39,376 nt of DNA from a candidate division WOR-3 bacterium. Lineage in GTDB: Bacteria > Hydrothermota > Tepidihabitantia > Tepidihabitantales > DTDR01. The notes under the pieces were generated by a model that was not told the origin of the DNA, did not search any database, and worked only from the letters and a program-made list of their open reading frames with translations. A program made the position numbers and the translations under genes. The stretch is from assembly GCA_039801885.1 (NCBI GenBank), contig JBDRVN010000010.1, positions 1 through 39,376 on the forward strand, given 5' to 3'. Positions 22,682-32,810 of this stretch are shown in pieces. Each line of letters begins with the position of its first letter. Position 1 is the first letter of the stretch.

Positions 22682-23744
22682 TCAAAATTTTCTCAAATTC
22701 TTTTTCTTGTAATTGGTTGATAAGAAGGTCTAAATCACCTTCTAAGATTTTATCAAGTTCATAAATAGTAAGATTGATCCGATGGTCAGTAACCCGATTT
22801 TGAGGAAAGTTATAGGTTCTAATCTTTTCTGCTCTTTCACCAGTGCCAATCTGTTTTTTCCTCTCTTTATCTATTTCTTCCTTTTGCTTAGATCTTTCGG
22901 CTGCTAATAGGCGGGCTTTAAGAATTTTCATTGCCTTTTGCCGATTTTGGTATTGGGAGCGTTCATCTTGACAACTGACAACTATGCCGGTTGGCAAATG
23001 GGTTATTCTTACTGCTGAATCAGTAACATTTACATGTTGACCACCTTTAGAACTTGCTCGGAATACTTCAATTTTTAAATCTTCCTCTTTAATATCAATT
23101 TCTACCTCTTTCGGTTCTATTAATACTGCAACGGTAACGGTGGAAGTATGAATTCTTCCGGAAGCCTCGGTAATGGGAATTCTTTGAACTCGATGAACGC
23201 CTTGTTCAAAACGAAGATGATTATATGCGCCTTCTCCGCTCACTAAGAAAATTATCTCTTTGGCTCCACCTAAATCGGATGGCCGAAAAGAAAGGATTTC
23301 GTATTTAAACCCTTTCTTATCTAAATATTTTTGGTACATTTTGAATAAATCCATAGCAAAAAGGGCACTTTCTTCTCCACCAGCCGCTGGTCGAATCTCA
23401 ATTATACAGTTTCTCTTTAAATCTTCGCCTTGGGGAAGAAAATAATAAAAAAGTTCTTTTTCCAGTTCCTTTATATCTTTTTTTAATTTTTCTTCTTCTT
23501 CTAAAAGATATTTATAAGTCTCTTTATCACAATTCTCTTTCATTCTATCAATCTCTTCTATTTCCTTTTCCTTCTTTTTTAAATTTTCATATTTTTCTAA
23601 AATATTCTTTAATTCCTTATATTCCTTTCCTAATTCCTCTAATAATTTAGGACTATTAATAACTTCTTTTTCACTAAATTTTTTATCAATTTCCTTTAAT
23701 TTTTCTTTTATTATATTAATTTTTTCTTCCCATTTGATTTTCAT
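22674..23744 (-). CDS. prfA: Peptide chain release factor 1
   Basis: [12 protein letters not shown] (PxT motif), [18 protein letters not shown]. Start moved to ATG 23744 (MKIKWEEK), just after the upstream stop. Confidence 0.93.
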   Translation of the reverse strand: MKIKWEEKINIIKEKLKEIDKKFSEKEVINSPKLLEELGKEYKELKNILEKYENLKKKEKEIEEIDRMKENCDKETYKYLLEEEEKLKKDIKELEKELFYYFLPQGEDLKRNCIIEIRPAAGGEESALFAMDLFKMYQKYLDKKGFKYEILSFRPSDLGGAKEIIFLVSGEGAYNHLRFEQGVHRVQRIPITEASGRIHTSTVTVAVLIEPKEVEIDIKEEDLKIEVFRASSKGGQHVNVTDSAVRITHLPTGIVVSCQDERSQYQNRQKAMKILKARLLAAERSKQKEEIDKERKKQIGTGERAEKIRTYNFPQNRVTDHRINLTIYELDKILEGDLDLLINQLQEKEFEKILNE

Positions 23745-23746
23745 AG

Positions 23747-24643
23747 TTAAAAAATAACCATTTTTCCATCTTTTATAAATCCCCAAGCCATATCCTTAGT
23801 TGTATAACCATGACCAACGTTTCCTTTCGCATCCACACCAATTACACCGCATAAGCAATTTCTTTTTTTTAGTTCTTCCATTATAATATTGATAGCTGTT
23901 TGGATATCATAATTTTTTACTAATTCGCAAACTTCTTTAGCAACAAAATTTTTTACAATACTTTCACCATGACCTGTGGCTGATACACCGGCCAAGGGAG
24001 TAGCATATGTTCCGGTTCCAATAATTGCGCTGTCACCAATTCTTCCTGGTAATTTTCCTCTTATTCCGCCCGAAGAGGTAGCGACCGCAATTATTCCGTA
24101 TCGGTCTAAAGCACATGCGCCAACTGTTCCAAAATTTTCTTCTTTTTTTAGATTTTTATAGATATAGATTAATTTTTTAAAACTTGGAAAATAAAGATGT
24201 TCCTCTTTTTCAATTAATTTTTTAAGTTTCTCTACTTCCTTTTCTGTTTTTGGGTTATATTCGGGAAAATCCATTGCTTTGGCAAATCTATTAGCTCCTT
24301 CGCCAACAAGCAATAGATGGTCAGTTTCTTCCATAATCTTTCTTGCTAACAAAACTGGATTTTTGACATTTTTAATTGCTCCGCAAGCGCCAAAATGACC
24401 TTCGCTTGTCATTATCGAAGCATCCATTTCTACTTCAAACAAAAGATTAAGAACCGAACCGGTTCCGGCATTAAAAGTTGGATTGTCTTCCAATTCACAA
24501 ACTGCGGCACAAACCGCATCAATTCCTTTTCCATCCTTTGCTAAAATCTGCCATCCTTTTATCAGTGCTTTTTCGATCCCCTTTTTTGCTCCTTCTTTTT
24601 CTTCAATTTTTCCTGCACCACCGTGAACAATTAAGGCAATCAT
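23747..24643 (-). CDS. Isoaspartyl peptidase / L-asparaginase (Ntn hydrolase)
   Basis: [33 protein letters not shown]. Confidence 0.9.
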   Translation of the reverse strand: MIALIVHGGAGKIEEKEGAKKGIEKALIKGWQILAKDGKGIDAVCAAVCELEDNPTFNAGTGSVLNLLFEVEMDASIMTSEGHFGACGAIKNVKNPVLLARKIMEETDHLLLVGEGANRFAKAMDFPEYNPKTEKEVEKLKKLIEKEEHLYFPSFKKLIYIYKNLKKEENFGTVGACALDRYGIIAVATSSGGIRGKLPGRIGDSAIIGTGTYATPLAGVSATGHGESIVKNFVAKEVCELVKNYDIQTAINIIMEELKKRNCLCGVIGVDAKGNVGHGYTTKDMAWGFIKDGKMVIF

Positions 24644-25473
24644 TTACCCTCCTTTTGACAATTAGGACAAAAATAGGAAGAACGATTATTAATTTTTATC
24701 CTCGTAATTTTACTATTACATTTCACACATTTTTCTCCTTCTTTTCTAAAAACTTTCAAATAATGTTGAAAAGAACCTTCTTTACTATTGGGTCTTAAAT
24801 AATCACTTATGGAAGTTCCTTTTTTTTTAATAGCGACTTTAATAATTTTTTTTAAACATTTAACAAGCTTCTTTATTTCGTAGTCCTTTAAAGAATAACC
24901 TTTCCTTTTGGGATGGATTTTTGCACAAAAAAGGGCTTCATCAGAGTAGATATTTCCTACACCACAAGCAATTTTTTGGTCTAAAAGCAAACTTTTTATA
25001 TTGGTATTACGATTTTTAATCTTTTCTTTCAGATATTGGAAATTAAATCCCGGCATTAAAGGTTCTCTGCCAAGATTATTTAAAGAAGAAAGATTTTCGG
25101 GCAATTGGCTCTTAGGGTAAAGATAAACTCTTCCTAACAATCTTGGCTCGGCAAATGACAAAACTCCGTTATTAAACAAAAATTTAATTCGGCTATACTT
25201 TATTTCCTCTTTTGGATTTTCATTATAAATAAGCCTACCGGATAACCGTAGATGAAAGGTTAGATTATAATTTCCTGAGAGTTTAAAAGTTAAATATTTC
25301 CCTTTCCTATCAATATCCAAGATTTTTTTATTAATAATCTCCTTTAAAAAATCTTTAGGTTTTGGATAGCCAATAATTCTTTTATTTTCTAATTTCACAC
25401 CAATAAATTTTTTATTAATTAAAAGAGATTTTAACTCATTTTTTATCGTTTCTACCTCTGGTAATTCTGGCAT
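24640..25473 (-). CDS. mutM: Formamidopyrimidine-DNA glycosylase
   Basis: MPELPEVETI, RKGKYL, LLDQK..GVGNIYSDEAL, C-terminal CVKC...CPNCQ zinc finger. Confidence 0.95.
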   Translation of the reverse strand: MPELPEVETIKNELKSLLINKKFIGVKLENKRIIGYPKPKDFLKEIINKKILDIDRKGKYLTFKLSGNYNLTFHLRLSGRLIYNENPKEEIKYSRIKFLFNNGVLSFAEPRLLGRVYLYPKSQLPENLSSLNNLGREPLMPGFNFQYLKEKIKNRNTNIKSLLLDQKIACGVGNIYSDEALFCAKIHPKRKGYSLKDYEIKKLVKCLKKIIKVAIKKKGTSISDYLRPNSKEGSFQHYLKVFRKEGEKCVKCNSKITRIKINNRSSYFCPNCQKEGK

Positions 25474-25480
25474 TTTTATA

Positions 25481-25508
25481 ATTTTATATAAAAGATTAGA
25501 TTTGTCAA
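25481..25508 (-). promoter_or_regulatory. sigma70-type promoter of the mutM operon (leaderless configuration)
   Basis: TTGACA-N16-TAAAAT, 7 nt to ATG; no SD. Confidence 0.55.
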
Positions 25509-25604
25509 ATTTTAAAATAGTATATGCAAAACCCTTATTTAAATAATAATTTTAAGTAATAATATGTCTAAAATATTGGAAAATTCTGTCTTTAAATTAT
25601 CAGT

Positions 25605-25840
25605 AAGATTTTTATCAAGATTAATATTTATATACTTACGAAGTTTATTGGTAATATGCCTTTAAAATTTATTAATAGAATATCTCTAAAAATGAAGATT
25701 AAGATACTTTGTAAGACGAACATAAGGCATAAAGGGATGCGTTCCCTATTTTTATTATAAATTTAAAATAAGTTTTTAAAAAACAAACACTTATAAGAAA
25801 ATTTCGCTTAAAAATTTTTGGCATCCGATGCCAATTTTAA
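25605..25840. repeat. Dispersed intergenic repeat, copy 2
   Basis: Same orientation and same exact blocks as 9251-9550; ends in the palindrome TTGGCATC-C-GATGCCAA. Confidence 0.8.
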
Positions 25841-25919
25841 ATTTTCTTATCAGATTGCTAAGACATTTTATTACTTTTTATCTTTATTAACTTACCTTAA
25901 CACATTTACTTTATATTTA

Positions 25920-25947
25920 TTGACAAAAAGAAAATTTTAATTAAAAT
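25920..25947 (+). promoter_or_regulatory. sigma70-type promoter of the beta-barrel gene
   Basis: TTGACA-N16-TAAAAT; SD AAGGAGG downstream. Confidence 0.6.
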
Positions 25948-25968
25948 AAAAAGTTAAAAGGAGGAAGA

Positions 25969-26445
25969 ATGAGAAAGTTATTAGGTTTTATTTTAGGTAT
26001 TTTATTAATTACTAATTTATCAGCATTAACCTTAAGCGCGGGAATTGGTTTGGAGGATTTGGGTAATGATGTTTATCTTCAGATAAAGGGTGACGCTATT
26101 CTGCCGATTGTCTCTTTCTTAGATTATCGTGTTGGCCTCTTGATTTTTAATTTGAAAGACAAAGATATAACATTAGGCACAGGAATTGATAATGATATGC
26201 TTGTTAAAATTTCTGTACCTTTTCTTTTTCAACTTTATATTCCCTGTGGTTTTTCATTTTATTTTAATGATGCGAAATCTTTAAATTTAAATGGTGGAGT
26301 TGGCTTAGAAAAAGAACTCGGTTTCTTAAAGGGTTATTTAGAAGGCGGATTAAGATACTATTATTTTAAAATTGGTGGAACTTCTCAAAGTAAAACTCGA
26401 TTTTATCTTCAAGGAGGTATTAGAATACCTTTAGAAATATTGTAA
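25969..26445 (+). CDS. Probable small outer-membrane beta-barrel protein
   Basis: Signal peptide MRKLLGFILGILLITNLSA; alternating amphipathic strands (LNGGVGLE, GYLEGGLRY, FYLQGGIRI). Confidence 0.6.
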   Translation: MRKLLGFILGILLITNLSALTLSAGIGLEDLGNDVYLQIKGDAILPIVSFLDYRVGLLIFNLKDKDITLGTGIDNDMLVKISVPFLFQLYIPCGFSFYFNDAKSLNLNGGVGLEKELGFLKGYLEGGLRYYYFKIGGTSQSKTRFYLQGGIRIPLEIL

Positions 26446-26474
26446 TTGATTATTTAAAACTTATTTCTTAAAAT
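26446..26474 (+). promoter_or_regulatory. sigma70-type promoter of the activase cluster (leaderless configuration)
   Basis: TTGATT-N17-TAAAAT, 7 nt to ATG 26482; no SD. Confidence 0.5.
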
Positions 26475-26481
26475 TTAGTTA

Positions 26482-27363
26482 ATGAAAAGGAAAATAGGAA
26501 TTATTCGGGCTTTACTTTATTACCGATATGGCGATTTCTTTATAAATTTCTTTAAATATCTTGACATTGATTATCTTTTATCACCGAAAACAGATAAAGA
26601 TTTGATTGATTTAGGTGTGAAAAATTCTTCTTCGGAGGTTTGTTTGCCATTAAAAGTTGCTTGTGGTCATTTGCTTTATTTAAAAGATAAAGTTGACTAT
26701 CTTTTTATTCCGAAAATTATTTATCCCTATGAAAACCTTTATACCTGTCCCAAAATGATGGGACTACCAACAATTGCTTGGTATCTTTGTGGTAAAGAAA
26801 AGGTAATTTCACCAACCATAAAAAGAAATTTCTTTTTACCTCTATTTTTTATTGGCTTAAAATTTAGAAAAAATCCTTTTAAGATAATTTTTGCTTATTT
26901 AAAAGCAAAAAGTGAAAGTAAGGAGAAAAAGTCTCTCTCCTTTGATAACAAAAATTTAAAAGTGGCGATTATTAGCCATTTTTATAATATTTATGATAAA
27001 GAAATAGGTAATGTTTTAATTGAGACTTTTAAAAAGGAAGGTTTTTCCGTTTATTTAAAAGATGATTTGGATGAGAAAATTTTAAGAAAGAAAGATGGTT
27101 TTGCTAAAAATATTCGCTGGGCTTTTGAAAGAGAGTTATATAATGCTTTTAAGCATTACTTGGATAAAGTTGATGGAGTATGTTTCTTCTTTTCTTTTGC
27201 CTGCGGACCAGATTCTTTAATTGGCGAAATAATGGCAAGGGAAGCAAAGGAGAAAGAAATTCCTTTTTTGACACTTGTTTTTGATGAACATTCGGGAAAA
27301 GAGGGGATGATAACAAGGATCGAAGCCTTTTGTGAAATGATTAAAAAAAAGAAAAATTTATGA
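26482..27363 (+). CDS. DUF2229 / acyl-CoA dehydratase activase-related protein
   Basis: 'KIGI.RALLYY', 'EVCLPLKVACGH', 'TCPKMMGLP', 'FACGPDS', 'DEHSG...TRIEAF'. Confidence 0.8.
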   Translation: MKRKIGIIRALLYYRYGDFFINFFKYLDIDYLLSPKTDKDLIDLGVKNSSSEVCLPLKVACGHLLYLKDKVDYLFIPKIIYPYENLYTCPKMMGLPTIAWYLCGKEKVISPTIKRNFFLPLFFIGLKFRKNPFKIIFAYLKAKSESKEKKSLSFDNKNLKVAIISHFYNIYDKEIGNVLIETFKKEGFSVYLKDDLDEKILRKKDGFAKNIRWAFERELYNAFKHYLDKVDGVCFFFSFACGPDSLIGEIMAREAKEKEIPFLTLVFDEHSGKEGMITRIEAFCEMIKKKKNL

Positions 27364-28433
27364 AGGCAGCCTTTCCTTATATTGGCTATTATTCAATTGC
27401 CTTGAAAGATTTTTTAACTGCTTTGGGAACAGAAGTTTGTTTACCGCCGCAATTAACAAAAAGAACCTTAGAATTAGGAGTGAAATATTCACCGGAAATG
27501 GTCTGTTTGCCTTTTAAAATCACTTTAGGAAATTTTATTGAAGCCCTAGAGAGGGGAGCCGATACTTTGTTTATGGCTGCTGGTGCGCGGAAATGTCGTT
27601 TTGGTTATTATCATTATCTTCAAGAAAAGATTTTAAGAGAATTAGGTTATCAATTTAAATTTTATTCGGTTTCTCAATATTCGCCCTATGAATTTATTTT
27701 TGAAAAGATACCACAAATTTTTAATGTCTCTCCACTAAAAGTTTTGAAGGCATTATACTTAATGATTAAGAAAAGTGAACTTTGTGAGAATTTTAAAAAT
27801 TGTTTAAGGGTAATAAGAGCCATTGATTATCAGAAATCTTTAATGTTTGAAAAAGAATATTTTAAAAAGGTTGAAGAAGTTAAAAAAATAAAAGAGATTA
27901 ATGCTTTAAATAGAGAGTTAAGAGGAGTTAGAAGAAAATGGCTAAAAGAGAATGGAATTAAATTAAGAATTGGTTTAGTGGGTGAGATTTATTTTTTGTT
28001 AGAGGATTTTGCTAATCAAGAATTGGAAAAAGAGCTGGCTAAATTTGGTGTTTTGGTATTGTCAAAAAGAAGTCTTTATCGTCGCCTAAGACATCTTTTA
28101 AAAATTGAAGCGGATTTTTTGAAAATTTATTATTATGCTCAAAAATACTTAGCTACTTCACCAGGTGGCGAGGCTTTACACACAATTGGTGAAGCCGTTG
28201 ATTTTATAAAAAAAGGTGTAGATGGAATAATTCATATTTTTCCTTTTACTTGTATGCCGGAAAATATTGTGCTTCATTCTTTAGAGAAGATAAGCGAAGA
28301 TTATGATGTTCCGCTTCTTTCTTTATCTTTTGATGAACACACTTCCAAAACAGGAATTTTAACAAGGATTGAAGCTTTTTTAGAATTAGTAAAAAGGAGA
28401 AAAAGAAATGGCAACGGTTTGTATCGGTATTGA
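27360..28433 (+). CDS. 2-hydroxyacyl-CoA dehydratase-like (CoA protein activase partner) protein
   Basis: 'SPEMVCLPFKITLG', 'CRFGYY', 'GLVGEIY', 'PFTCMPE', 'DEHTSKTGILTRIEAF'. Confidence 0.8.
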   Translation: MKAAFPYIGYYSIALKDFLTALGTEVCLPPQLTKRTLELGVKYSPEMVCLPFKITLGNFIEALERGADTLFMAAGARKCRFGYYHYLQEKILRELGYQFKFYSVSQYSPYEFIFEKIPQIFNVSPLKVLKALYLMIKKSELCENFKNCLRVIRAIDYQKSLMFEKEYFKKVEEVKKIKEINALNRELRGVRRKWLKENGIKLRIGLVGEIYFLLEDFANQELEKELAKFGVLVLSKRSLYRRLRHLLKIEADFLKIYYYAQKYLATSPGGEALHTIGEAVDFIKKGVDGIIHIFPFTCMPENIVLHSLEKISEDYDVPLLSLSFDEHTSKTGILTRIEAFLELVKRRKRNGNGLYRY

Positions 28434-29361
28434 TGTGGGTTCAATATCTACTAAAGGTGTTGTTTTAGATAATAACTTTAATGTAATTACTTATGAATAT
28501 TTAAGGACAAAAGGAAGACCGATAGAAGCAGTTTTAAATTTAATAAAGGTTTTTAAAGAGCGAGTTGGCAATAATGTAAAGTTTGGTGGCGTAGGAACTA
28601 CTGGTAGTGGTCGAAGATTAGCTGGTGTAATGATTGGTGCTGACATTGTAAAAAATGAGATTATTGCCCACGCCATTGCTGCTTCTCATTTTTATCCTAA
28701 TTGTCAAACAGTAATTGAGATCGGTGGGCAGGATTCAAAGATTATTATATTAAGAAACGGAATTCCCGTTGATTTTGCAATGAATACCGTCTGTGCTGCT
28801 GGAACCGGTTCTTTCCTTGACCATCAAGCACAGAGATTAGGGATACCAATTGAAGAATTTGGTAAATTAGCATTAAAAGCCAAAACAAAAGTTAATATTG
28901 CTGGTCGTTGTACTGTCTTTGCGGAAAGTGATATGATTCACAAAGCCCAATTAGGATTTCCAATTGAAAGTATTATCGCTGGACTTTGTGAAGCAATCGT
29001 AAGGAATTATTTAAATGTGGTTGCCAAGGGTAAAGATATAAAACCATTAATTTTGTTCCAAGGTGGAGTGGCAGCAAATATTGGTGTTAAAGAAGCCTTT
29101 AAAAAGGAATTAAAAGAGGAAATAATTGTGCCAGAATATTTTTTGGTAATGGGAGCAATTGGTGCCGCAATTTTAGCAAAAGAAGAGACTAATGGCAATG
29201 GAAGTAAATTTTATGGTTTTGAAATATCAAATTGCGATTTTGAGACGAAGGCAATAGAATGTAATGGTTGCGCTAATCGTTGCGAAATAATTCATACCTA
29301 TCGTGACGAGGAACTCATTGATATTTATGGCGACAGATGCGGTAAATGGTCCGGTGGATAA
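28408..29361 (+). CDS. Acyl-CoA dehydratase activase (BadF/BadG/BcrA/BcrD ASKHA ATPase, Fe-S)
   Basis: GIDVGSISTK, TTGSGR, EIGGQDSK, MNTVCAAGTGSFL, RCTVFAESD, FQGGVAAN; C-terminal CNGCANRC...CGKW. Confidence 0.9.
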   Translation: MATVCIGIDVGSISTKGVVLDNNFNVITYEYLRTKGRPIEAVLNLIKVFKERVGNNVKFGGVGTTGSGRRLAGVMIGADIVKNEIIAHAIAASHFYPNCQTVIEIGGQDSKIIILRNGIPVDFAMNTVCAAGTGSFLDHQAQRLGIPIEEFGKLALKAKTKVNIAGRCTVFAESDMIHKAQLGFPIESIIAGLCEAIVRNYLNVVAKGKDIKPLILFQGGVAANIGVKEAFKKELKEEIIVPEYFLVMGAIGAAILAKEETNGNGSKFYGFEISNCDFETKAIECNGCANRCEIIHTYRDEELIDIYGDRCGKWSGG

Positions 29362-29405
29362 ATCAACCCATTTATCTTCTTAATAAGAAATAGTATAGGA
29401 GTCCG

Positions 29406-29482
29406 TTATAAGGTTAACTCTATATGTAAATAAACTCTTAATTTTCAATCGGTTATATTTATATAACCCCCAAACCTTATAA
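29406..29482. repeat. Nested inverted-repeat element
   Basis: TTATAAGGTT (29406-29415) / AACCTTATAA (29473-29482) enclosing GGTTATAT-TT-ATATAACC (29451-29468). Confidence 0.55.
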
Positions 29483-29506
29483 AAGTTCATTTTAGCTTCT
29501 TTAATA

Positions 29507-29535
29507 TTTACAAAATCTTAATTTTTAATTATTAT
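29507..29535 (+). promoter_or_regulatory. sigma70-type promoter of rbfA (leaderless configuration)
   Basis: TTTACA-N17-TATTAT, 5 nt to ATG; no SD. Confidence 0.5.
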
Positions 29536-29540
29536 ATATA

Positions 29541-29903
29541 ATGAAGGAAAGAATTAAAAGGGTTAGCGAACTTTTAAAAGAGACGATTGCCGAAATTATT
29601 TTAAAAGAATTTGATAATCCCTATCTTGGTTTTATAACAATTACCGCAGTAAAAATGACAAAGGATTTAAAAAAAGCGATCATCTTTTTTACTTGTTACG
29701 GAAATGAAGAGAACGAATTAAGAGCAGAGAAAATTTTAAATGAGAGCAAGGGTTATATAAAAGAAAGACTATCAAGTAAAATTGTTTTGAAATATATGCC
29801 GGATTTAAAATTTGAAATTGATGAAGGGTTAAGAAAACAAGAAAGGATTGATAGATTGCTTAAAGAATTAAAAAATGATGAGAGGAATAGTTTTGGTGAA
29901 TAA
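29541..29903 (+). CDS. rbfA: Ribosome-binding factor A
   Basis: 'RIKRVSELLK', 'TITAVKMTKDLKKA', 'LKYMPDLKFEID'; precedes truB. Confidence 0.9.
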   Translation: MKERIKRVSELLKETIAEIILKEFDNPYLGFITITAVKMTKDLKKAIIFFTCYGNEENELRAEKILNESKGYIKERLSSKIVLKYMPDLKFEIDEGLRKQERIDRLLKELKNDERNSFGE

Positions 29904-30747
29904 GGAAGTAGGTATTTCTTCTTATGATTTAATCAGAATTGTGAAAAATCAAATCGGTAACGATTTCAAAATCGGGCATTCCGGTACCTTAGATCCTTTG
30001 GCTTGCGGAGTTATTATTTTGTTATTTAACGAAGCAACAAAAATAAGCAATTTCTTAATGGATTACGAAAAAGAATATGTTGGCGTAATAAAATTGGGAA
30101 TAGAGACTGATACCAATGATATAACTGGTAATGTAATAGAAAGAAAAAAGGTTCCGAATTTAAAAAAGGAAGAAATAGGGGAGATCTTAAAAAATTTTTC
30201 TGGAAAAATTAGTCAAGAACCACCAATATATTCAGCAATTAAAATTAAAGGAAAGCCAAGTTATTTAAAAGCTAGGAAGAAAGAAGAGATTGTTTTTAAA
30301 AAGAGATTGGTAGAATGTTATAAGATCGAATTGATTGATTATTTTAGAGATACAATTTTAATAAAAGCAGTGGTTGGTAAAGGATTTTATTTACGCTCTT
30401 TAGCAAGAGATATTGGTAAAGAAATTGGTTGTGGCGGTACATTGGCGGGTTTAAAAAGAGTTAGAATCGGTAAATGGCAGATTGAAGATTGTTTAAAAAC
30501 TTGGGAACTTTCTTATGAAAATATCAAAAAAAATTTAATTTCAATAAAAGATGCTCTTTACAAGTTTAAAGAATATTTTTATAATAAAAAGGCGATGCAA
30601 GAGTTTAAGAAAGAAAAAAAACTTTTTTGTGAAGATAATAGTTTTGGCTATTGTAAAGTGATTTCTGAGGATGAGAAAATTTTGGTTATTGGTGAGAAAG
30701 AAAATAATTTCATAAAGTTTTTAAAATTAATTTATGAAGATAATTAA
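29875..30747 (+). CDS. truB: tRNA pseudouridine(55) synthase
   Basis: KIGHSGTLDPLACG, QEPPIYSAIK, GFYLRSLARDIG. Confidence 0.93.
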   Translation: MMRGIVLVNKEVGISSYDLIRIVKNQIGNDFKIGHSGTLDPLACGVIILLFNEATKISNFLMDYEKEYVGVIKLGIETDTNDITGNVIERKKVPNLKKEEIGEILKNFSGKISQEPPIYSAIKIKGKPSYLKARKKEEIVFKKRLVECYKIELIDYFRDTILIKAVVGKGFYLRSLARDIGKEIGCGGTLAGLKRVRIGKWQIEDCLKTWELSYENIKKNLISIKDALYKFKEYFYNKKAMQEFKKEKKLFCEDNSFGYCKVISEDEKILVIGEKENNFIKFLKLIYEDN

Positions 30748-31702
30748 AGAAAAAGAAGGAGAAGAATTTAAAAATAGTGTTATTACCATCGGTGGGTTTG
30801 ATGGTGTCCATTTTGCCCATCGGATAATAATTGAAAAATTGATAAAAAGTAAAGAAGAGTTAAAGATTTTTTGTGGGTTAGTTACTTTTGAGCCTTTACC
30901 TTATTTATATTTTCATCCGGACTTTCATTTTCTTTTAACACCTCTTTCGGAAAAGATAAAAATTTTAGAAAACTTAGGATTGGATTTTCTTTATATATAT
31001 AATTTTAATGATTTCTTTGCCAATTTAGAACCTTTAGAATTTTTAAATAAATTAAAAAAGGATTTATTGCCCCAAAAAATTATTATTGGTAGCGATTTTC
31101 ATTTTGGTAAAGAGAAAAAGGGCGATGTGAAACTTTTGAAAAATTTCTGTGAAAAGGAAGGCATATTTATTGAGGTTATCTTGCCAATCAAAAAAACTGG
31201 AATTGAGGTGAAGAGTACTACTATTAGAGAGAAATTGATATTGGGAAATATTAGAATTGCTAATCTTCTTTTGGGGCGGGAATATTCAATAAAAGGAAGA
31301 GTTATTAAAGGAACAGGTAGAGGAACTTTGATTGGGTATCCAACTGCTAATTTGGAATTATTAGAAAAAAATAAATTAATACCTCAAGATGGAGTTTATG
31401 CTGGTAAAGTTGTAATTGAGGGCGAAAATAAAATTTGCTTAGGAGTATTAAATATTGGTGAGAGACCAACTTTTTGTGAAGGGAAAAGAAATATTGAAGT
31501 TCATATCTTGAATTTTAAGAAAGATATTTTGGGTAAGGAGTTAGAAGTTTTTTTTATCCAAAGGATAAGACACGAATTTAAATTTGAAAATGTTGAGAAG
31601 TTAAAAGAGAGGATAAAAGAAGATATTGAAGAAAGTATTAAAATATTTAAAAAGGAGAAACTATGGGAAGAAGATGCGAAATTTGTGGAAAAACCCCAGT
31701 AG
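30734..31702 (+). CDS. ribF: Bifunctional riboflavin kinase / FAD synthetase
   Basis: [37 protein letters not shown]. Confidence 0.93.
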   Translation: MKIIKEKEGEEFKNSVITIGGFDGVHFAHRIIIEKLIKSKEELKIFCGLVTFEPLPYLYFHPDFHFLLTPLSEKIKILENLGLDFLYIYNFNDFFANLEPLEFLNKLKKDLLPQKIIIGSDFHFGKEKKGDVKLLKNFCEKEGIFIEVILPIKKTGIEVKSTTIREKLILGNIRIANLLLGREYSIKGRVIKGTGRGTLIGYPTANLELLEKNKLIPQDGVYAGKVVIEGENKICLGVLNIGERPTFCEGKRNIEVHILNFKKDILGKELEVFFIQRIRHEFKFENVEKLKERIKEDIEESIKIFKKEKLWEEDAKFVEKPQ

Positions 31703-31851
31703 TGGGTCACAATATTAGTCATGCTCATAATGTAACTAAAAGGAGATTCGATCCTAACTTACAAAAAATAAAAATCAAAATTGGTGAAAAAGTAAAAAAA
31801 GCATGGGTTTGTACTCGTTGCATTAAAAGTAATAAAGTAATAAAAGCATAG
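31663..31851 (+). CDS. rpmB: 50S ribosomal protein L28 (Zn-binding form)
   Basis: [10 protein letters not shown]...[16 protein letters not shown]...[15 protein letters not shown]. Confidence 0.95.
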   Translation: MGRRCEICGKTPVVGHNISHAHNVTKRRFDPNLQKIKIKIGEKVKKAWVCTRCIKSNKVIKA

Positions 31852-31859
31852 GAGGATTA

Positions 31860-32810
31860 ATGAAAGTATTGATTACTGGCATTACTGGTTTTGTTGGTAG
31901 CCATTTAGCAGAATATCTTTTATCAAAAAATTATGAAATTTATGGTACTTATCGTTGGCGGAGTCGAATGGAAAATATTATTCATATTAAAGAAAAGTTA
32001 AAACTTTATGAATGCGACTTAAAAGATGCCGCAGCAGTTTATAATCTAATAAAAGAGATTAAACCTGATATGATTTTTCATTTAGCCGCTCAAAGTTATG
32101 TGCCGATGTCTTGGGCTTGTCCTTCGGAAACAATTACTACCAATGTGGTTAGTCAAATAAATATTTTAGAATCAGTGAGAAATTTAAAACTTGACTCTTT
32201 AATTCATATCGCTGGTTCTTCTGAAGAATATGGATTAGTCTATGAAAACGAAGTGCCAATTAAAGAGACGAATCCTTTAAGACCTTTAAGTCCTTATGGA
32301 GTAAGTAAAGTGGCTCAAGATTTGCTTGGTTATCAATATTATAAAAGTTATGATCTAAAAATTATAAGAACCAGAGCCTTTAATCATGAGGGGCCACGAA
32401 GGGGAGAAGTATTTGTAACTTCTAATTTTGCTAAACAGATTGCTGAAATTGAAAAAGGAAAAAGAAAGCCAGTTATTTATGTTGGTAATCTTGAAGCGGT
32501 ACGTGATTTTACAGATGTTCGGGATGTTGTGAGAGCTTATTATTTAGTATTAACTAAAGGAAAAGTAGGTGAGGTTTACAATATCGCTTCCGGAAAAGGT
32601 TATAAAATAAAAGAAATTTTAGATTTTTATCTGAGAAAAAGTAAAGTTAAGGTAGGAGTGAAAGTGGATGAAAAAAGATTAAGACCTTCAGATGTAGAAC
32701 TTTTAATTGGTGATGCCACAAAGATAAAAGAAGAATGTGGTTGGCAACCAGAGATACCAATTGAAAAGACTTTAGAAGATTTACTTAATTACTGGCGAGA
32801 AAGAGTTTAA
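31860..32810 (+). CDS. GDP-mannose 4,6-dehydratase family SDR (Gmd-like)
   Basis: LITGITGFVG, HLAAQSYV, SSEEYG, SPYGVSK, FNHEGPRRGEVFVT, LRPSDV. Confidence 0.75.
   Translation: MKVLITGITGFVGSHLAEYLLSKNYEIYGTYRWRSRMENIIHIKEKLKLYECDLKDAAAVYNLIKEIKPDMIFHLAAQSYVPMSWACPSETITTNVVSQINILESVRNLKLDSLIHIAGSSEEYGLVYENEVPIKETNPLRPLSPYGVSKVAQDLLGYQYYKSYDLKIIRTRAFNHEGPRRGEVFVTSNFAKQIAEIEKGKRKPVIYVGNLEAVRDFTDVRDVVRAYYLVLTKGKVGEVYNIASGKGYKIKEILDFYLRKSKVKVGVKVDEKRLRPSDVELLIGDATKIKEECGWQPEIPIEKTLEDLLNYWRERV

Noticed and set aside
23030-23060. RF1 GGQ-loop context RASSKGGQ (usually SG.GGQ)
   Set aside because: GGQ and PxT are intact and prmC is adjacent. A single flanking change is too weak to suggest altered decoding, and genes end in normal TAA/TAG/TGA stops.
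25818-25834. TGGCATCCGATGCC as a sigma54 promoter
   Set aside because: Spacing is GG-N8-GC rather than N10; better explained as the terminal dyad of the dispersed repeat.
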